Assembly (NCBI GenBank): GCA_902470125.1
Contig: CABRFD010000005.1
Location: 39,999 to 103,998 of the forward strand
DNA: 64,000 bases
Origin: an uncultured Collinsella sp.
GTDB lineage: Bacteria; Actinomycetota; Coriobacteriia; Coriobacteriales; Coriobacteriaceae
Direction: 5' to 3'
Position 1 is the first letter of the stretch. Every line of letters begins with the position of its first letter. A program made the position numbers and the translations under genes. This document shows positions 38,757 through 47,753 of the stretch, piece by piece. Under the pieces are notes generated by a model. The model saw only the letters and a list, made by a program, of their open reading frames with translations. It ran no database searches and was not told the origin of the DNA.

Positions 38757-39896
38757 TTACAGGTACTTGCGCCAGTCGTCCTCGTCCTCATCGTCCTCGG
38801 CAGCTGCCTGGGCCTGCTCGGCGGCACGGGCGGCTGCGGCGCGGGCGGCAACCTGGGCATAGGACTCCTCGTTGCGCTCGGGGAAGTTTGCCAGCACGTG
38901 CTCGAACTTGGCAAAATCCTCGTCCCAGCGCGTAGAGGGCACGGCAAAGAAGACCTGCCTGACCTTGAAGTCGCCCGATGCGAGCTCCTTGCGGAAGAGC
39001 TCGGCCACGGCCTCGGCGTCAAAGCCGTTGTTCTCGCAGCCCCAAGCACCCAGTACGAGCTTCTCGCGGCCCAGCTCATCGCAGATAGCAAGCACAAAGC
39101 GAATGCGGTCGCGCAGGGCGTCAAGCAAGGCATCGTCGCTCACGCGGTACTCCTGGCGAGCACGCTTGGCGTTGGGTGCAGCGGCGACGATTACGTCGGC
39201 ATAGGCGTGCACATGCTTGCGGTCGAAGCGCACCGCGGGCACCACCAGCGCACGGTTGCGGTACAGCTCACAGTTGATGTTGCGGCGACGGTTCTCGCCG
39301 TACCATTTACGCTGCTTATCGAGGACATTGTACAGGTACGAATCGGCGCACAGCGTGGCCTCCTGGCCCAGATAGCCCTGGATGTAGCCACCGCCCGGAT
39401 TGGTGAACGAGGCAAAGGCAAGCACAGCCATGTCGCAGAACTGCGCGTAGCCTCGACCGTTATCCAGAATGGCCTGCGTGGCAGAGGCGTCGAGCACGGT
39501 GACCTCGGGCAGGACCGGAGCGGGCTCCTCGGCGGCAGGCGCGGGCTCGGCTTCGGTGGCCTCCTCGACGGGCTCGGGCGCCACCTCGGCATCGACCGCA
39601 GCCTCGACCTCAGCAGCCTCAGTAGCCTCGACCTCGGCAGCCTCGACGTCCTCGGCAACCGGCTCCTCAGCAGCCGCTGCCTTCTGGGCCTTGGCCTTCA
39701 TCGCCGCGACAAAACCGGCAGGCATACCATCGAACTCGCGCACGCCGGCAAGCGAACGCTCGATGTCCTTGGCGCAGGCCTCGGACACAGCTGCCACATG
39801 GCGCTCGGCGGCCTTGGCACGCGCCTCACGCTTGGGATTGGGCTGACCCGCTCGGTTGGACCTGCGGTTACGGTTCCTGTTGTCGACATCTGCCAT
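38757..39896 (-). CDS. TIGR02452/DUF2263-like bacterial PARG-type macrodomain protein with acidic N-terminal extension
   Basis: FASFTNPGGGY...QEATLC..S.LY, DVIVAAAPN, LVLGAWGC. Confidence 0.82.
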   Translation of the reverse strand: MADVDNRNRNRRSNRAGQPNPKREARAKAAERHVAAVSEACAKDIERSLAGVREFDGMPAGFVAAMKAKAQKAAAAEEPVAEDVEAAEVEATEAAEVEAAVDAEVAPEPVEEATEAEPAPAAEEPAPVLPEVTVLDASATQAILDNGRGYAQFCDMAVLAFASFTNPGGGYIQGYLGQEATLCADSYLYNVLDKQRKWYGENRRRNINCELYRNRALVVPAVRFDRKHVHAYADVIVAAAPNAKRARQEYRVSDDALLDALRDRIRFVLAICDELGREKLVLGAWGCENNGFDAEAVAELFRKELASGDFKVRQVFFAVPSTRWDEDFAKFEHVLANFPERNEESYAQVAARAAAARAAEQAQAAAEDDEDEDDWRKYL

Positions 39897-40037
39897 ACGT
39901 GGCCACCTTTCCTATCGCTGCCGCTATCGGCTTTTTTCCATCCATGATACCCCGCCGCGCACAAAAAAGACGGCCCCGAAGGACCGCCTTTCGCATCGTT
40001 TTACCGTGTCCGGCAGGAAGCGTCGCAATGCCGCGCT

Positions 40038-40733
40038 TTAATCGCGACGGCCGAGGATGTTCAGAATGCGCAGGAACACGTTGATAATATCCACAAACAG
40101 GTTAGAGGCCATAAGCACGGCGTTGGGCAGCGTGGGCGGCACCGTCGTTGCCACATAGGTGTCGTAGCCGATGAAACCGGCGAACACCACGATCACGATC
40201 AGGTCGGTGATGGACTGCGAAACGCCCATGAACATCAACACGATCTCGACCAGAATCGTGGCAAGGAGGATGCCAAAACCAATGCCATACACACGCTGGA
40301 AGAACTTGGGGAAGGTCACGCCCAGCGCACCAAAGACAAAGGTGATGGCGGCCGTGGCGATAAAGGCGGTGTTAATGGTAGGCAGGTCGTAGTTTGCAAG
40401 ACCAAACGACGCCGTCAGACCAAAGGTGCTCGCAAAGACCACGTAGCCCACGAGTGACAGGCCCACGGACTGTTTGCTGGCAGCAGCCGACATCATGACC
40501 ATGCCGACGATGGTCAAAATAAATGAGCCAAAGACCAGCGGCAAAGCGACGCCGCTCATCATCATGCGCGCAAACGACATGGTGCTCGTAAAGTAAGCAC
40601 CGGCGCCCATGGCGCAAAAGCCCAAAAAGATCAGGGCAGACATGACAAGGTTGTATGCGCGCGGCGACATCTCCTTGGCACGGCTTGCGCCGGTCTCGAT
40701 GGGGCCGTTCTGATAGCCCTGGATATCGTTCAT
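40038..40733 (-). CDS. Bax inhibitor-1/YccA family membrane protein
   Basis: About 7 TM segments, FIGYDT, LFVDIINVFLRIL. Confidence 0.9.
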   Translation of the reverse strand: MNDIQGYQNGPIETGASRAKEMSPRAYNLVMSALIFLGFCAMGAGAYFTSTMSFARMMMSGVALPLVFGSFILTIVGMVMMSAAASKQSVGLSLVGYVVFASTFGLTASFGLANYDLPTINTAFIATAAITFVFGALGVTFPKFFQRVYGIGFGILLATILVEIVLMFMGVSQSITDLIVIVVFAGFIGYDTYVATTVPPTLPNAVLMASNLFVDIINVFLRILNILGRRD

Positions 40734-40813
40734 AATTTCGTCCTTTCAAAAAGCGCCACGACAGCGCCGTAGGTGACAAGATTCCTGTCATTGTACCCGA
40801 ATGCCGTACGTCC

Positions 40814-41152
40814 TTACCTACGGCGCTCGCCCTCGAGCGTACGATCAAAGGCCCAGACCCACCAACGCATCACGTGCGCCTGCGAGCCGTTCGCCCGCCC
40901 GCGCGTCTGGTCCTCCAGATACAACTCGGTCGCGTGCCCGCCAAAACGCACCTTATAGGTTGCCGTACGAATGCCGTGAACCGTCAGGCCAAACCCAGTG
41001 GTCGAGACAATCTCGTCAATCGTAAAGCAACGACCGTCAACCCAGCAGACGGTGACCGGCACGACCTGTCCGCCCGCGAGGATGCGAGCCACGACGTCCA
41101 CATACTGCTTGTGCACGCGCCGAGTTTTGCCATCTGTCTGTCGATATTCCAT
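40814..41152 (-). CDS. 112-aa hypothetical protein, probably SOS-inducible
   Basis: AGGAGG RBS before ATG 41152; LexA box immediately upstream. Confidence 0.78.
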   Translation of the reverse strand: MEYRQTDGKTRRVHKQYVDVVARILAGGQVVPVTVCWVDGRCFTIDEIVSTTGFGLTVHGIRTATYKVRFGGHATELYLEDQTRGRANGSQAHVMRWWVWAFDRTLEGERRR

Positions 41153-41164
41153 GCCTCCTATTAT

Positions 41165-41178
41165 CGAACGCATGTTTG
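41165..41178. promoter_or_regulatory. LexA/SOS box (Gram-positive type)
   Basis: CGAACGCATGTTTG matches CGAACRNRYGTTYG and abuts a -10-like GATAAT on the minus strand. Confidence 0.7.
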
Positions 41179-41355
41179 CATGTTGTAAAGCGAACAGACT
41201 GTGGTTTTGGAGTGTCGTAGTAATCGCACGTGTCCGCATGGCGTGTTAGCAAAAAGAACACCCGCGGTCAACAGGGCTAATATTCAATTTTAGTGCCAAA
41301 AAGTTCACTTCTCCCATCAGAACTCGGTAAAGAGGCCCGCAGGAGGTGATACGAT

Positions 41356-41384
41356 TTATCATGTTTTTGTAACGTGTCTGCAAA
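41356..41384 (+). promoter_or_regulatory. Possible PHO-box-like 11-bp direct repeats upstream of pit
   Basis: TTATCAT-N4-TTGTAAC-N4-CTGCAAA. Confidence 0.35.
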
Positions 41385-41402
41385 CTTCGAGAAAGCCCAT
41401 AT

Positions 41403-42452
41403 ATGGACGTAACGTTCTCAACCTTCCTCGGCCAAATTGTGTCGAACCCAGTCCTTGCCGTCACCGTGATCCTCGCGTTGGGCGCCATCTTCGTCAATGG
41501 ATGGACCGACGCACCCAACGCCATCGCGACCTGCGTCACTACGCGTTGCATGCCCGCCCGCGCCGCCATTCTCATGAGCGCCGCATTCAACTTCCTCGGC
41601 GTACTCATCATGACGCACTTTAACGCGAGCGTCGCCAACACCATCTCCCATATTGTCGACTTTGGCGGAAACAGCACCATGGCGCTCGCCTGCCTGTGCG
41701 CGGCGCTGTTCTCCATCGTCGTCTACGGCGCCACAGCGTCGCGTTTTGGCATCCCCACCTCGCAAAGCCACAGCCTTATCGCCGGCCTGACCGGTGCCGC
41801 CATCGCCCTCGGCGGTGCGAGCAGCGTCAACGTCCACGAGTGGATGAAGGTCATCTACGGCCTGGCGCTCTCCATCGGCCTGGGCTTTGTCATGGGCTGG
41901 GTCCTGTGCAAGCTCGTCTCGATTCTTTTCGCCGCCGCCAACAGGCGACGTGCCAATGTCTTCTTTAAATACGCTCAGATCGCGAGCGCTGCGGCCATGA
42001 GCTTTATGCACGGCGCGCAGGATGGACAGAAGTTCATCGGCGTGCTCTTTTTAGGCGTGGCCTTTGCCAGCGGCCAGACGAGCGTCGGCGATGCAGGCAT
42101 CCCCATCTGGATTATGCTGCTGTGCTCGGCCACTATGGGTATCGGCACCAGCGTGGGCGGCGAGCGTATCATCAAGTCCGTCGGCCAGAGCATGGTCAAG
42201 CTCGAAAAGTACCAGGGCTTCTCCGCCGATCTGGCGGGCGCCGCGAATCTGCTGCTTGCCACGCTCACCGGCATCCCCGTGTCCTCCACTCACATCAAGA
42301 CCTGCGCCATTATGGGTGTCGGTGCCGTCAAGCGCCTCTCGGCCATCAACTTCGGCGTGGTCAAGGACATGATGTTCACCTGGTTCTTCACCTTCCCCGC
42401 CTGCGGACTCATCAGCTTTGTCATGGCCAAGCTGTTCATGATGTTCATCTAG
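41403..42452 (+). CDS. pit: PiT family inorganic phosphate transporter
   Basis: NGWTDAPNAIAT, GIPTSQSHSLI, HGAQDGQK, GIPVSSTH. Confidence 0.93.
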   Translation: MDVTFSTFLGQIVSNPVLAVTVILALGAIFVNGWTDAPNAIATCVTTRCMPARAAILMSAAFNFLGVLIMTHFNASVANTISHIVDFGGNSTMALACLCAALFSIVVYGATASRFGIPTSQSHSLIAGLTGAAIALGGASSVNVHEWMKVIYGLALSIGLGFVMGWVLCKLVSILFAAANRRRANVFFKYAQIASAAAMSFMHGAQDGQKFIGVLFLGVAFASGQTSVGDAGIPIWIMLLCSATMGIGTSVGGERIIKSVGQSMVKLEKYQGFSADLAGAANLLLATLTGIPVSSTHIKTCAIMGVGAVKRLSAINFGVVKDMMFTWFFTFPACGLISFVMAKLFMMFI

Positions 42453-42519
42453 TCACGCCGAGCGTCCATCCGGACCGTAATACTTCGCCCACCCGTCTTC
42501 GCCTCGAAAGGACCCACTC

Positions 42520-43143
42520 ATGGCAAAGAAACCCGATTCGTTCTACTTTGACAACTACGTCGCCTGCGCCGACCTTGCCGTCCAGGCCGCTGAGCTGCTC
42601 ACCAAGATTTTCGAGAACTTCGATCCCACGAAGATTCACGATATGCTCGACAAGATGCACGCGATCGAGCATGCGGCCGACAAGAAGCACCATGAGCTTG
42701 AGGACGCCCTGCTCACGGCCTTTATTACCCCGCTTGAGCGCGAGGATTTGGATCTGATGAGCTGCTCGCTCGACACCGTGCTCGACCGTATTGAGGGCGT
42801 CGTGCAGCGCGTCTACTTCACCAACATCCAGAGCATCCATCCTGATGCCATCGTCATCGCCCACAAGGTGACCGACGCCTGCCGCGCCATGAAGGACCTG
42901 ATGGTCGAGCTTCCCAACTACCGAAAGTCCAAGACCCTGCGCGAGCTCGTCATCCAGATCAACACCATCGAGTCCGAGGCCGACGACCTCTACATCAACG
43001 CTATGCGCAACCTGCACGTCAACGGTAAGGACCCGCTCGAGGTCATCGCTTGGCGTGACGTTTACGCCTTCCTGGAGTACTGTGCTGACTGCTGCGAGAA
43101 TGTGGCCGATGTCGTGGATTCGATTGTCATGAAGAACAGTTAA
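42520..43143 (+). CDS. DUF47 (PhoU-like) phosphate transport regulator
   Basis: IEHAAD, FITPLERED, ESEADD, LE..AD.CENVAD; directly after pit. Confidence 0.93.
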   Translation: MAKKPDSFYFDNYVACADLAVQAAELLTKIFENFDPTKIHDMLDKMHAIEHAADKKHHELEDALLTAFITPLEREDLDLMSCSLDTVLDRIEGVVQRVYFTNIQSIHPDAIVIAHKVTDACRAMKDLMVELPNYRKSKTLRELVIQINTIESEADDLYINAMRNLHVNGKDPLEVIAWRDVYAFLEYCADCCENVADVVDSIVMKNS

Positions 43144-43167
43144 TTGGGGGTACATGTCCCACCGGTC

Positions 43168-43246
43168 GCGGGCCCGACCACTGATAACCTTTTTTCACTC
43201 CGGCTGCAAGCAGGTCGTTCAAAAGGTTATCAGTGGTCGGGCCCGC
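43168..43246. repeat. Long hairpin with perfect 26-bp arms
   Basis: 43168-43193 is the exact reverse complement of 43221-43246. Confidence 0.85.
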
Positions 43247-43424
43247 TCCCTTATGTACCACCATTGGAACTTTGGCTGATACTTTGAAAGCGATGGGGCT
43301 TTTGTTGGCAGGGCCTTGGGGCCCGATTGGAAACTTTGGGGCCGCCTTAAGCGTTTGGCTGGATGTTGCTCTGGGTAACCTTTGGTTATCTTTTATTTCG
43401 TTATTAAATTGTTGGAGGGCTTGT

Positions 43425-43955
43425 ATGTCTTATTTGGATCTGGCTCGGTCTCGGTATTCTTGTCGTTTGTTTGAGGATCGGGCTGTGGAGCAGGCTGTGG
43501 TGGATGCCATTGTTGAGGCTGGGCGTATTGCTCCTTCTGCTTGTAATAACCATCCAACCCGTGTGATGGTGTTGGATACGCCTGAGCTTCTGGAAAAGGC
43601 AGCTGCTTGTCAGCCTCGGTTTGCTCGTGATGGGTCTATCTTTGGCGCTCCGCTCATCTTCCTCATTTGCAGCGTTACCGACGACGCCTGGGTGCGTCCC
43701 TATGACCAGATGAACTCGAGTGCCATCGACACCTCGATTGTTTGCGACCAGATGATGATGGAGGCCGAGGAGCAGGGTCTGGGAACGTGCTGGGTATGCC
43801 ATTTTAAGCCCGAGGTAGCCCGCGAGCAGTTCAACCTGCCCGAAGGCGTCTATCCCTATCACATGCTCGTCTGCGGCTATCCCGCCGACCACATCGCCGA
43901 CCCCGAGCATCGCGAGGCCCGCACCATTTCCCTCTCCGACTTCATCCTTAAGTAG
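43425..43955 (+). CDS. Nitroreductase family protein
   Basis: RYSCRLF, APSACN, D.SIV...MM.AEEQGLGTCWV, GYP; GGAGG RBS. Confidence 0.92.
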   Translation: MSYLDLARSRYSCRLFEDRAVEQAVVDAIVEAGRIAPSACNNHPTRVMVLDTPELLEKAAACQPRFARDGSIFGAPLIFLICSVTDDAWVRPYDQMNSSAIDTSIVCDQMMMEAEEQGLGTCWVCHFKPEVAREQFNLPEGVYPYHMLVCGYPADHIADPEHREARTISLSDFILK

Positions 43956-44119
43956 ATTTTTGGGACATGCCCTCAAATCTACCTTTGACCGCTCCCCGTT
44001 CGCTGAGTTCTGTGCCATCAAACGCAGGACTCGGCGTTTTATTTTGCAGGCTGCGTACAGCCACAAAAAAGGACCCGCAAGCTGCGGGCCCTTTCTAGGC
44101 GCTAAATGATAGCTGGATG

Positions 44120-44797
44120 TTAGTCCAGATCGTCGGCGGCGAAGTTGTCGATCGGTGCAAAGGGATCGGCCACGGGAATGACCGGCTCGGCGACAGGCAG
44201 CGGCTCGGCTGCGGGCATCGTCACCGCGGGAGAAGCGGCGGAACCGACCGGCGTGGAAGCCATAAGATCGGCCGGGAAGGAGTTCTGCGCATCGTCCATG
44301 AAGTGCTGGATGAGCTTGAGGTACTCGGCCTTGAACTCCTCGCGGGAAGCCTTCAGACGGTCGATCTCCTCGAGCTCGGCCTGCTTCTCGGTCAGAGCCT
44401 GGCGGATGACCTCGCGGGCCTTAGCGTCGGCCTCGTTACGGATGCGGTCAGCGTTCTCGTTGGCATCGTTGACGATGCTCTCGGCGGTCTGCTGGGCCGC
44501 GATGAGGGCAGCGGAGATCTGACGCTCCTGAGCAGAGAAGTCGGGTGCGGGAGCAGCGACCGGGGCAGCAGGAACGGCCTGCGCGGCAGCATCCTGGGCC
44601 TGAACGAGCTGAGCCTGCGTATCGGCAAGCTGCTGCTCGGTGGCGGTCAGACGGCCCTTGAGGTCCACGATCTTCGCCAGCATAGCGTCAACCTCGGAAG
44701 ACAGCGTCTCCAGAAAGACATCGACCTCGGCGGGATCGTAGCCACGCTTGGCCTCAGAGAAAGTCTGAGCCTGGATGTCAGCAGGGGTAATAGCCAT
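44120..44797 (-). CDS. divIVA: DivIVA domain protein
   Basis: ITPADI...F....RGYDPAEVDVFL plus coiled coil. Confidence 0.93.
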   Translation of the reverse strand: MAITPADIQAQTFSEAKRGYDPAEVDVFLETLSSEVDAMLAKIVDLKGRLTATEQQLADTQAQLVQAQDAAAQAVPAAPVAAPAPDFSAQERQISAALIAAQQTAESIVNDANENADRIRNEADAKAREVIRQALTEKQAELEEIDRLKASREEFKAEYLKLIQHFMDDAQNSFPADLMASTPVGSAASPAVTMPAAEPLPVAEPVIPVADPFAPIDNFAADDLD

Positions 44798-44859
44798 AAC
44801 AAGTTCTCCTTTTTCATCGCCTCGGCGCTGGGCGCCCGATGTAAGTTACTGAGCCAGTT

Positions 44860-45141
44860 CTATACGAGTATACCTATAAGAAGCTGCAGAACCAGCTTCT
44901 GCACCAACTGCAACGCAATAATCGCAACGACCGGCGAAAAATCGACGCCGCCCATCGGCGGGATAAACCGGCGGAACAGATTGAGCCACGGGCCGCACAC
45001 GCTATCGAGGACGGCGGCGACATCCTGCAGTAATCCGCCCTGCTTCATGGGAATCCACGTCATAAGGCAGTAGACCACGATGAGTGTGGAGTAAAAGTTG
45101 AACAGCGTATTGACCAGCTGGACAATGGTGTAGATGTTGAT
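44860..45141 (-). CDS. yggT: YggT/YlmG family membrane protein (non-canonical start proposed)
   Basis: Y..LIVVYCLMTWIP, P.L..FRRFIPPMGGVDFSP; open frame extends to ATC 45141 behind GAGGAG. Confidence 0.85.
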   Translation of the reverse strand: MNIYTIVQLVNTLFNFYSTLIVVYCLMTWIPMKQGGLLQDVAAVLDSVCGPWLNLFRRFIPPMGGVDFSPVVAIIALQLVQKLVLQLLIGILV

Positions 45142-45162
45142 GAGAATCTCCTCGTCTTGTCT

Positions 45163-45885
45163 TTACTTAAGGTAGCCGTCGGCACGGAGCTTCTTGAGGT
45201 CGGAATCCTTGACCTCGCAGCCGGCGGGCAGCACCATGAACACGCGGTCGCCCACCTCTTTGACCGTGGCGCCCAGGCCGCAGGCAAAGCCATAAGAGAA
45301 GTCCAGGACGCGCTTGGCGACCTCGGTACGCACGCCCACAAAGATCAGCGCCACGGGCTGCTTGGTGCGCACGCGACGCACCACGGTCTCAACGTCGTCG
45401 TAGCTCTCGGGGCGAAGAACGTATGCCGGCAGCTGAGGCGTGGCGTTGATGATGTTGTTCGCATAGGCCGAAGCATCGCTCGGTGAGGGAGCAGGCGCGG
45501 GAGCGGCAGCGCGAACGCGGGTGTTCTCGGCGTAGCTCGACGGCGTGTCGTAGGCACCGGGACGATAACCGCCAGCGGCCGTCTCCTGCGAACGAGAGGG
45601 CGGGTTGTAGGTCGTAGCGTGACGGGAATCATCGCCCACCAGCTGGCCGGAACGCGTGTACACGGCAACCGACTCGGCCTCGCCGCGACGCGTCTGACCC
45701 AGAAGACCGTTGCTCGGCTCATCCTGGGTATAGAAACCATCGCCCGAGGCGCCGCTGTAGCCGTTGTTCTGGTAGCCATCGTCGTAGCCGTCATCGTAAC
45801 CGTAGTCGTCATCTTGGCCATAACCCTGGTCGTAACCCTGCTGGCCCAGGTGCATTTTATTTTTAATCTCGTCAAGGAAGCCCAT
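45163..45885 (-). CDS. sepF: Cell division protein SepF
   Basis: MGFLDEIKNKM amphipathic start, disordered linker, PESYDD, AKRVLDFSYG, FMVLP. Confidence 0.92.
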   Translation of the reverse strand: MGFLDEIKNKMHLGQQGYDQGYGQDDDYGYDDGYDDGYQNNGYSGASGDGFYTQDEPSNGLLGQTRRGEAESVAVYTRSGQLVGDDSRHATTYNPPSRSQETAAGGYRPGAYDTPSSYAENTRVRAAAPAPAPSPSDASAYANNIINATPQLPAYVLRPESYDDVETVVRRVRTKQPVALIFVGVRTEVAKRVLDFSYGFACGLGATVKEVGDRVFMVLPAGCEVKDSDLKKLRADGYLK

Positions 45886-45945
45886 GGTTGTATCCTCTCG
45901 CGGTTTAGTGCAGGCGCTCCGATAATCATTGCGCACTTTAAAGCA

Positions 45946-46683
45946 TTATTTTACTTCAAACTCCGGGCTAAATACCACCCTACCTAGGCGAACAAGCGTT
46001 GAGCCCTCCTCAAGGGCAGGCTCAAAGTCCTCGCTCATGCCGCAGGAAAGCTCGGGCAGTTCAAGATCGGGATGCGCCGCCTCCAACTCATCCCTCAGCT
46101 CACGCAGCCCGGCAAAGGTGCGGCGCGCCACATCCTTATTCCCCCGGGGCGCCATGGTCATAAGCCCCTGCACACAAATTCCCTCAAGCTCCGCGAGCTC
46201 GCCGGCGGAGGCGCGAATCTCGTCGGGCGAAAAGCCACCCTTTGACTCCTCGCCACTCACATTGACCTCGATCAGCACACGCTGAGGACCGGCAAGCTCG
46301 CCCGCCTCAATCTTGCGGACCGCGCGACTCGAAACAGCCTGCGCCAAATGCAGCGATCCCACCGAATGAATCAGCTCGGCCGAACCCAACACCGCATTGA
46401 TCTTGTTAGTCTGAAGATTGCCAATCATGTCAAAACGCACCGCAGGCAGCTCTGGATGTTCAGCCAAGCCCGCAAGCTTGCGAACAAGCTCCTGCGGACG
46501 GTTCTCGGCAAAATGACGATACCCTGCCTGGATGGCGGCAACGGTCTCATCGACGCCAACGGTCTTGGAGACGGCAATCAGACGTGCGGCATCGTGAGAA
46601 CGTCCCGCGCGATCGAGTGCGGCATAAAAGCGTTCGAGAATCTGCTCGCGGCGAACGCGCATCAAGTCCAAATAATTATCCAT
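45946..46683 (-). CDS. yggS: PLP homeostasis protein YggS/YlmE
   Basis: LIAVSKT, FAENRPQE, IGNLQTNK, GLMTM, LSCGMSEDF, EGSTLVRLG. Confidence 0.95.
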   Translation of the reverse strand: MDNYLDLMRVRREQILERFYAALDRAGRSHDAARLIAVSKTVGVDETVAAIQAGYRHFAENRPQELVRKLAGLAEHPELPAVRFDMIGNLQTNKINAVLGSAELIHSVGSLHLAQAVSSRAVRKIEAGELAGPQRVLIEVNVSGEESKGGFSPDEIRASAGELAELEGICVQGLMTMAPRGNKDVARRTFAGLRELRDELEAAHPDLELPELSCGMSEDFEPALEEGSTLVRLGRVVFSPEFEVK

Positions 46684-46803
46684 TGCCAATCGCCTCCGCT
46701 AACAGCCATACAAGTAGTCCCATGCTAACGCAAGAGCGCGGCCCTGCATGTGCAAGGCCGCGCTCCCTCAGGTATTTACAATCTTTCGACGAACGGAGCT
46801 ACC

Positions 46804-47661
46804 CTACTCCTCGTCATCCTCGGTGTCGTCCTCGTCCTCGAGGTGCTCGAGCAGGTAGCGAAGACCCTCGCTCACCTCGTGAGCGGGCACCTTGGCAACA
46901 TAGCGCGCATCGACAGCGGGTCTCATGATGACGCCCTCGCCCGAAGGTACGCGCATGCTCTCGAGCTCATCCTCGTCCGTGCGGGCGATATCGCCGGCAT
47001 TCATACGCTGGCCGGTCAAAAGGAAGGTCAGACGGCAGGCGGCATCGATGGAAATCGAGGCGATACGATCGAGGTAGCGCGAAACCATGATGGTGCGGCG
47101 CAGGTCGTCGTAGTTGCTATCGTCATCCATAAACTCGCCGGCATCCATGCGGTTGAAGGTACGGAAGAACTTCTCGTAGGCGGCGTGCACCGGCTCGTCC
47201 TCGACGGCCAGGTTGCAGATGATGGACATGTCGTTGGTGACGAGCGCGGAAAGCGACGAGCCCAGAACCTGGTAAACAGCTTCGGCCTCGGCCTCAACCG
47301 TACCGACGAGCTCCTGGGGCAGCGAGATATCGGCCTTGACCATGTGACGCGTGGCGCGGCAGATCTGGCGAACCTTATCGGTCATGCGCTGCAGGTTAAA
47401 GTCGACGTAGATGATTGTCTGCAGCAAGCGGAAGTCGGAGGCGACCGGCGACTGTGTGGCGATCAAGTTGTAGCACACGGCCTCCAAGTTGGCGCAGCGC
47501 GCGTCAATCGAAAGCGTGCGCTTCTTGGTCTTGGTGGCGAGCTTGCGGTCGTCGGTCACATAGGCCTTCACGGCGTCGTGAAGCGCCAGATCGACGGCCT
47601 CGTAGATGCTCAACATCTCGTGACGAGCCTCGACGAGCTGACGGGAAAACAGTTTGCGCAT
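46804..47661 (-). CDS. phoU: Phosphate signalling protein PhoU
   Basis: IATQSPVASDFR, L.RM.D, SRYLDRIA; follows pstB. Confidence 0.9.
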   Translation of the reverse strand: MRKLFSRQLVEARHEMLSIYEAVDLALHDAVKAYVTDDRKLATKTKKRTLSIDARCANLEAVCYNLIATQSPVASDFRLLQTIIYVDFNLQRMTDKVRQICRATRHMVKADISLPQELVGTVEAEAEAVYQVLGSSLSALVTNDMSIICNLAVEDEPVHAAYEKFFRTFNRMDAGEFMDDDSNYDDLRRTIMVSRYLDRIASISIDAACRLTFLLTGQRMNAGDIARTDEDELESMRVPSGEGVIMRPAVDARYVAKVPAHEVSEGLRYLLEHLEDEDDTEDDEE

Positions 47662-47753
47662 GGTTCACTCCAATCAGTTGGGTGCGGTCATGCCGCCCGC
47701 ACGGTGAATACGCACCGGACAAGGTCCGATCGGCTTGGGACTAGTCGCACCGA

